Assembly (NCBI RefSeq): GCF_018350175.1 | Contig: NC_058368.1 | Location: forward strand, 6,572,001 to 6,636,000 | Reading direction: 5' to 3' | Length of the DNA: 64,000 bases | Source: Felis catus | Lineage: Eukaryota | In this document: one piece after another, positions 60,929 through 64,000 of the stretch | How the letters are laid out: each line of letters begins with the position of its first letter | Numbering within the stretch: the first letter of the stretch is position 1 | Made by a program: the position numbers and the translations under genes | Notes under the pieces: generated by a model | Told to the model about the DNA's origin: nothing | The model's input: only the letters and a program-made list of their open reading frames with translations | Databases searched by the model: none

Positions 60929-63900
60929 GAATTTTGATAGGAGATGTTTGTAGGTTCTCAGCTTCTCTAGTCTCTGCTTCCTCCCACTTTTCATGCATAC
61001 AAAGTGAGTTTGACCTTCCACTAACAGTCAGTCGTCTCTCAATTATCCATGGGGAAGAGGGGACACTTCCTGTTGACCAGAGTTTTGCTAGCCTGAGGCC
61101 AAGGTCCTACTTCCTAGGGCAGGAAGGAGCCTCGGGGCTCCCCCGTGGCCCAGTCTGACCAGTGGGGTGGCCGAGGGACTTGGCTGGTCCTCGGCAGTCC
61201 TTTGCCTCCATTGAGGGCTCCAGCCTCACCGTTCCCTGAGCCGAGCATTGTGGGTATGGCTAGTGTGCAAACCCATATCCTGGGGCCGAAATGGCTGAAA
61301 ACTGGGCACGGTCCCTTAGCACCACACACGACAGAAACTCCACACACCTGGAGCTTATCAAGGTTTCCCTTCTGGCTTCTCTGTTAGCATCGCCTGTTGC
61401 ACATTCGGATCCCAGGGTCCCTGAGGGAAGGCACTGTGGCTCGCGTTTGCACTCTGTATCCCTAAGGGCTCAGTGAGTGCCCCTGAACAGGGATGTTGCG
61501 AGAACACACAAATGCTCTCCAAAGGGAGAGCCGTTCCTTGTCCCTGTTTTGGCCTGTCCCTGTTCCTGTCTCCTGCTTTGGCCGTTCGGTGCTATTTCTA
61601 AACTGGATTTCTCACCAGCTAACAGATGTTGCTTTCAAGAGCGGAAATAAATGGGACTTAATTCCCCAGTCCTCTTCCAGGTGATTGGGGTTATGTGACC
61701 CTGAAGAAAGTCAACATGTGAGGAGCCTCCGGATGGCGTCCCCACTTCCTAAAGTAGGACAAATGTGAAAAGCAATAGGACTGAAGTAGCCTCCGTCCAG
61801 AGGGGGAGCCGTGGCCGCTGCAAGGTGCAGGTGAGCTCAGCCTCCCCTCCCCGCTCCTGCCCACTTTACTGGAGCCGCCGAGTGTGAGGGGAGTTTTCAT
61901 GAGTTGCTTGGCCCTATGGCACAGCCCTTTGGTGGGGGCTGTGCTGCCCAGCTGATGTTCAGGTTATGGCCTCACAGACGTCAAAACAAAATGTTGGCTG
62001 GTCTGCCAGTTCGATCAAATAGCCAGAGTTTGAAAACTGACCAGACTGGTTGCTTCACTACATCACGAATCAATGGGCTCCTTTAACTACAGAAATGGCC
62101 TTGACCCTGAACCGGCCAGTTTGAAAAGGATTTATCCCTTCTTTGTTCCTTGTCCCCGTTTGCCGTCTCGAGCTTAAACATCAGTCTAGCCTCTGCTTGA
62201 GAGAGTGGCTGCGTCCCTGTTCCGGACACAAACCAAAACCGCTGTGGGCCCGTGGACCAGTCGTGCTGAGGCCGGGCACGGGGCTCTGGAAGCAGAGCGC
62301 GCTCGTTCACGCTCATGTGTGAGAAGGGAGAACGAGGCGGGGGGGGGGGGGGGGCGAGGGAGCGTGTGGGTAGCATATGTGGAATGGGTCAGAGTGCAAA
62401 TCTGTGTGGGCTAAAGACCTATTCAAGCTCAAGAAGGGTTTCAATGACTCTCTAGATGCTTGAATTCCCACTTGTCTCGAGCCAACCCCGTTTCTAGGAG
62501 CTGGTACCGCTGCACCCTCTCCCTCACCTCCTTTGGATAGACTTCCCTGGACACGATCCAGCTCTGCGTCAGCACCCCATCACCTCCGTCCCGGATCTCT
62601 GAAGCCCTGTCCAATCTTGCTCCCTCAAGCACAGAATCTCACTTTTTGCCCAGGGCCTGACTGCGGTTGTGTGGTGCCCCATTTTGGGCTTGATTTATGG
62701 CAGTAAGCCCCTTCCCAGGATGCGCCTCCTTCCTGCACCCCACCCTCAGCAAGCCCTCAGCCTCGGGCTGAAGGATGGCTTCCCTTCAGAGGGCAGGGGC
62801 CATGCCTGCATTGGTCACTGAGGTCACTTGAAACCCCAGTACCTGGCAAAAGGCAACACTCTGCACGCGTTTGCCAAATAAAGAGATGCCATTTGCCTTG
62901 TGGGAGCTATTTTTGGAAGTCATGAACCAAACACTCAAGTGGATTACTTTGGGCTGACTCAGAAAATTGCGTACGTCCTCGAATATGGAGGCCACCTCCC
63001 TCTCTACGCAATTCGCACCGTCTCCACACCATTGCCAGATAGCATTTCCCAAACACGTTTTTCTTTCTGCGGTTCCTCTGCAAGCAACCTTGGCTCCCCT
63101 TAGAAAGCCACACTCCTTAGCCCAGGAGCAAGACCTCCCCGCGAAGCCTGCCTCTCTTCCTGTCCCGGCCCTTGGCTCTGCACCACCTGCCCAGCTAGCC
63201 TGGCCCTAGCTGTCTCTGAGCTCTCATGCCCATGCTACCTCTGTGTTTCTGTCACCCCTCCCAGTCCCTTCCCGTAAGCCAACTCCTCCCCATAACGCCA
63301 ACACTGTACCCAAATGGCGACTTTATCGGTAGGTCCCCCTGGAGCATTCAGTTCACAGTATTTGTCCCTCCGTGGACTTACGGGACTGACAGCCTCTGCT
63401 ATTCATGAGACGCTACAGTTTTATGGCCTCGTGGGTGATTCACCTCCATGCGTGGAGTTCCGGCCCACACTGACTAGATTGTCAGTCCTCCTGCTGCTTC
63501 TCTGTGCCTCCCACATGCCTCTAGGGGTGCAGCCCTCTGCTTCCAAAAAGTTGGTTGAATGAATGATTGAAAGGCCAAGACTTCTCCTCCTTCTCTAGAC
63601 TGACCAAGGCTTCCCAGGGCTGCTAGAAGGAAGAACTAGAAAGACATCCTCTGCCAGCATGCCTTGGGGGCAACACAGGGTGGTAGGGTGCCTGGGACTG
63701 TCCTGGGCTGAGGAGGGTGGGAGCCAGCTCACGGGCATCTGGGATGGCCCCCTGTGAGTGCTGAAGCAGGCCGCACAGGCTGGGGACCTGCGTGGGTGCC
63801 TGAGAGAGTGGTGAGTGCCCCCACGGAAGGGCCCTGGAGCCCAGCCAGTTGGCACGCGTGCTGTAACCGTAGCAGCCACCGGGGCTCTTTTCCATAAGAA

Positions 63901-64000
63901 TTAGTGAATTATATTGTAGCGAGTATCTTGTTAAATGCAGATTTATCCTTCAACTCTGAAAACACGATCTGTTGCTTCTGTGTCAAACCATCTGGCTTCG

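Overview
Mammalian non-coding DNA, almost certainly from a cat-family (Felidae) genome. About 34 tRNA-derived CAN-SINEs (SINEC_Fc-type, several very young with intact target-site duplications) are the diagnostic marker. I recognise no protein-coding exon, processed pseudogene, rRNA, tRNA or CRISPR array; the ORF-track entries read as chance frames or repeat translations. The window looks like a gene desert or large intron containing SINEC, MIR, L2, two old L1M 5'UTR/ORF1 remnants, two carnivore L1 3' ends, MaLR (MLT1), ERVL and ERV1-like solo LTRs, hAT MITEs and microsatellites, plus several repeat-free, motif-dense islands that may be enhancers. I found no convincing new biological system. 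The best observations are retrotransposition footprints: a SINE carrying a unique 36-nt 3' trailer inside its TSD pair (likely 3' transduction), a possible chimeric LTR bounded by TG...CA and a 4-bp TSD, repeated SINE insertion at one target site, closely spaced inverted SINE pairs, a near-perfect 31-bp palindrome and a perfect 29-bp tandem duplication. Subfamily names come from recalled consensus similarity, not a RepeatMasker run, and old-repeat boundaries are approximate.
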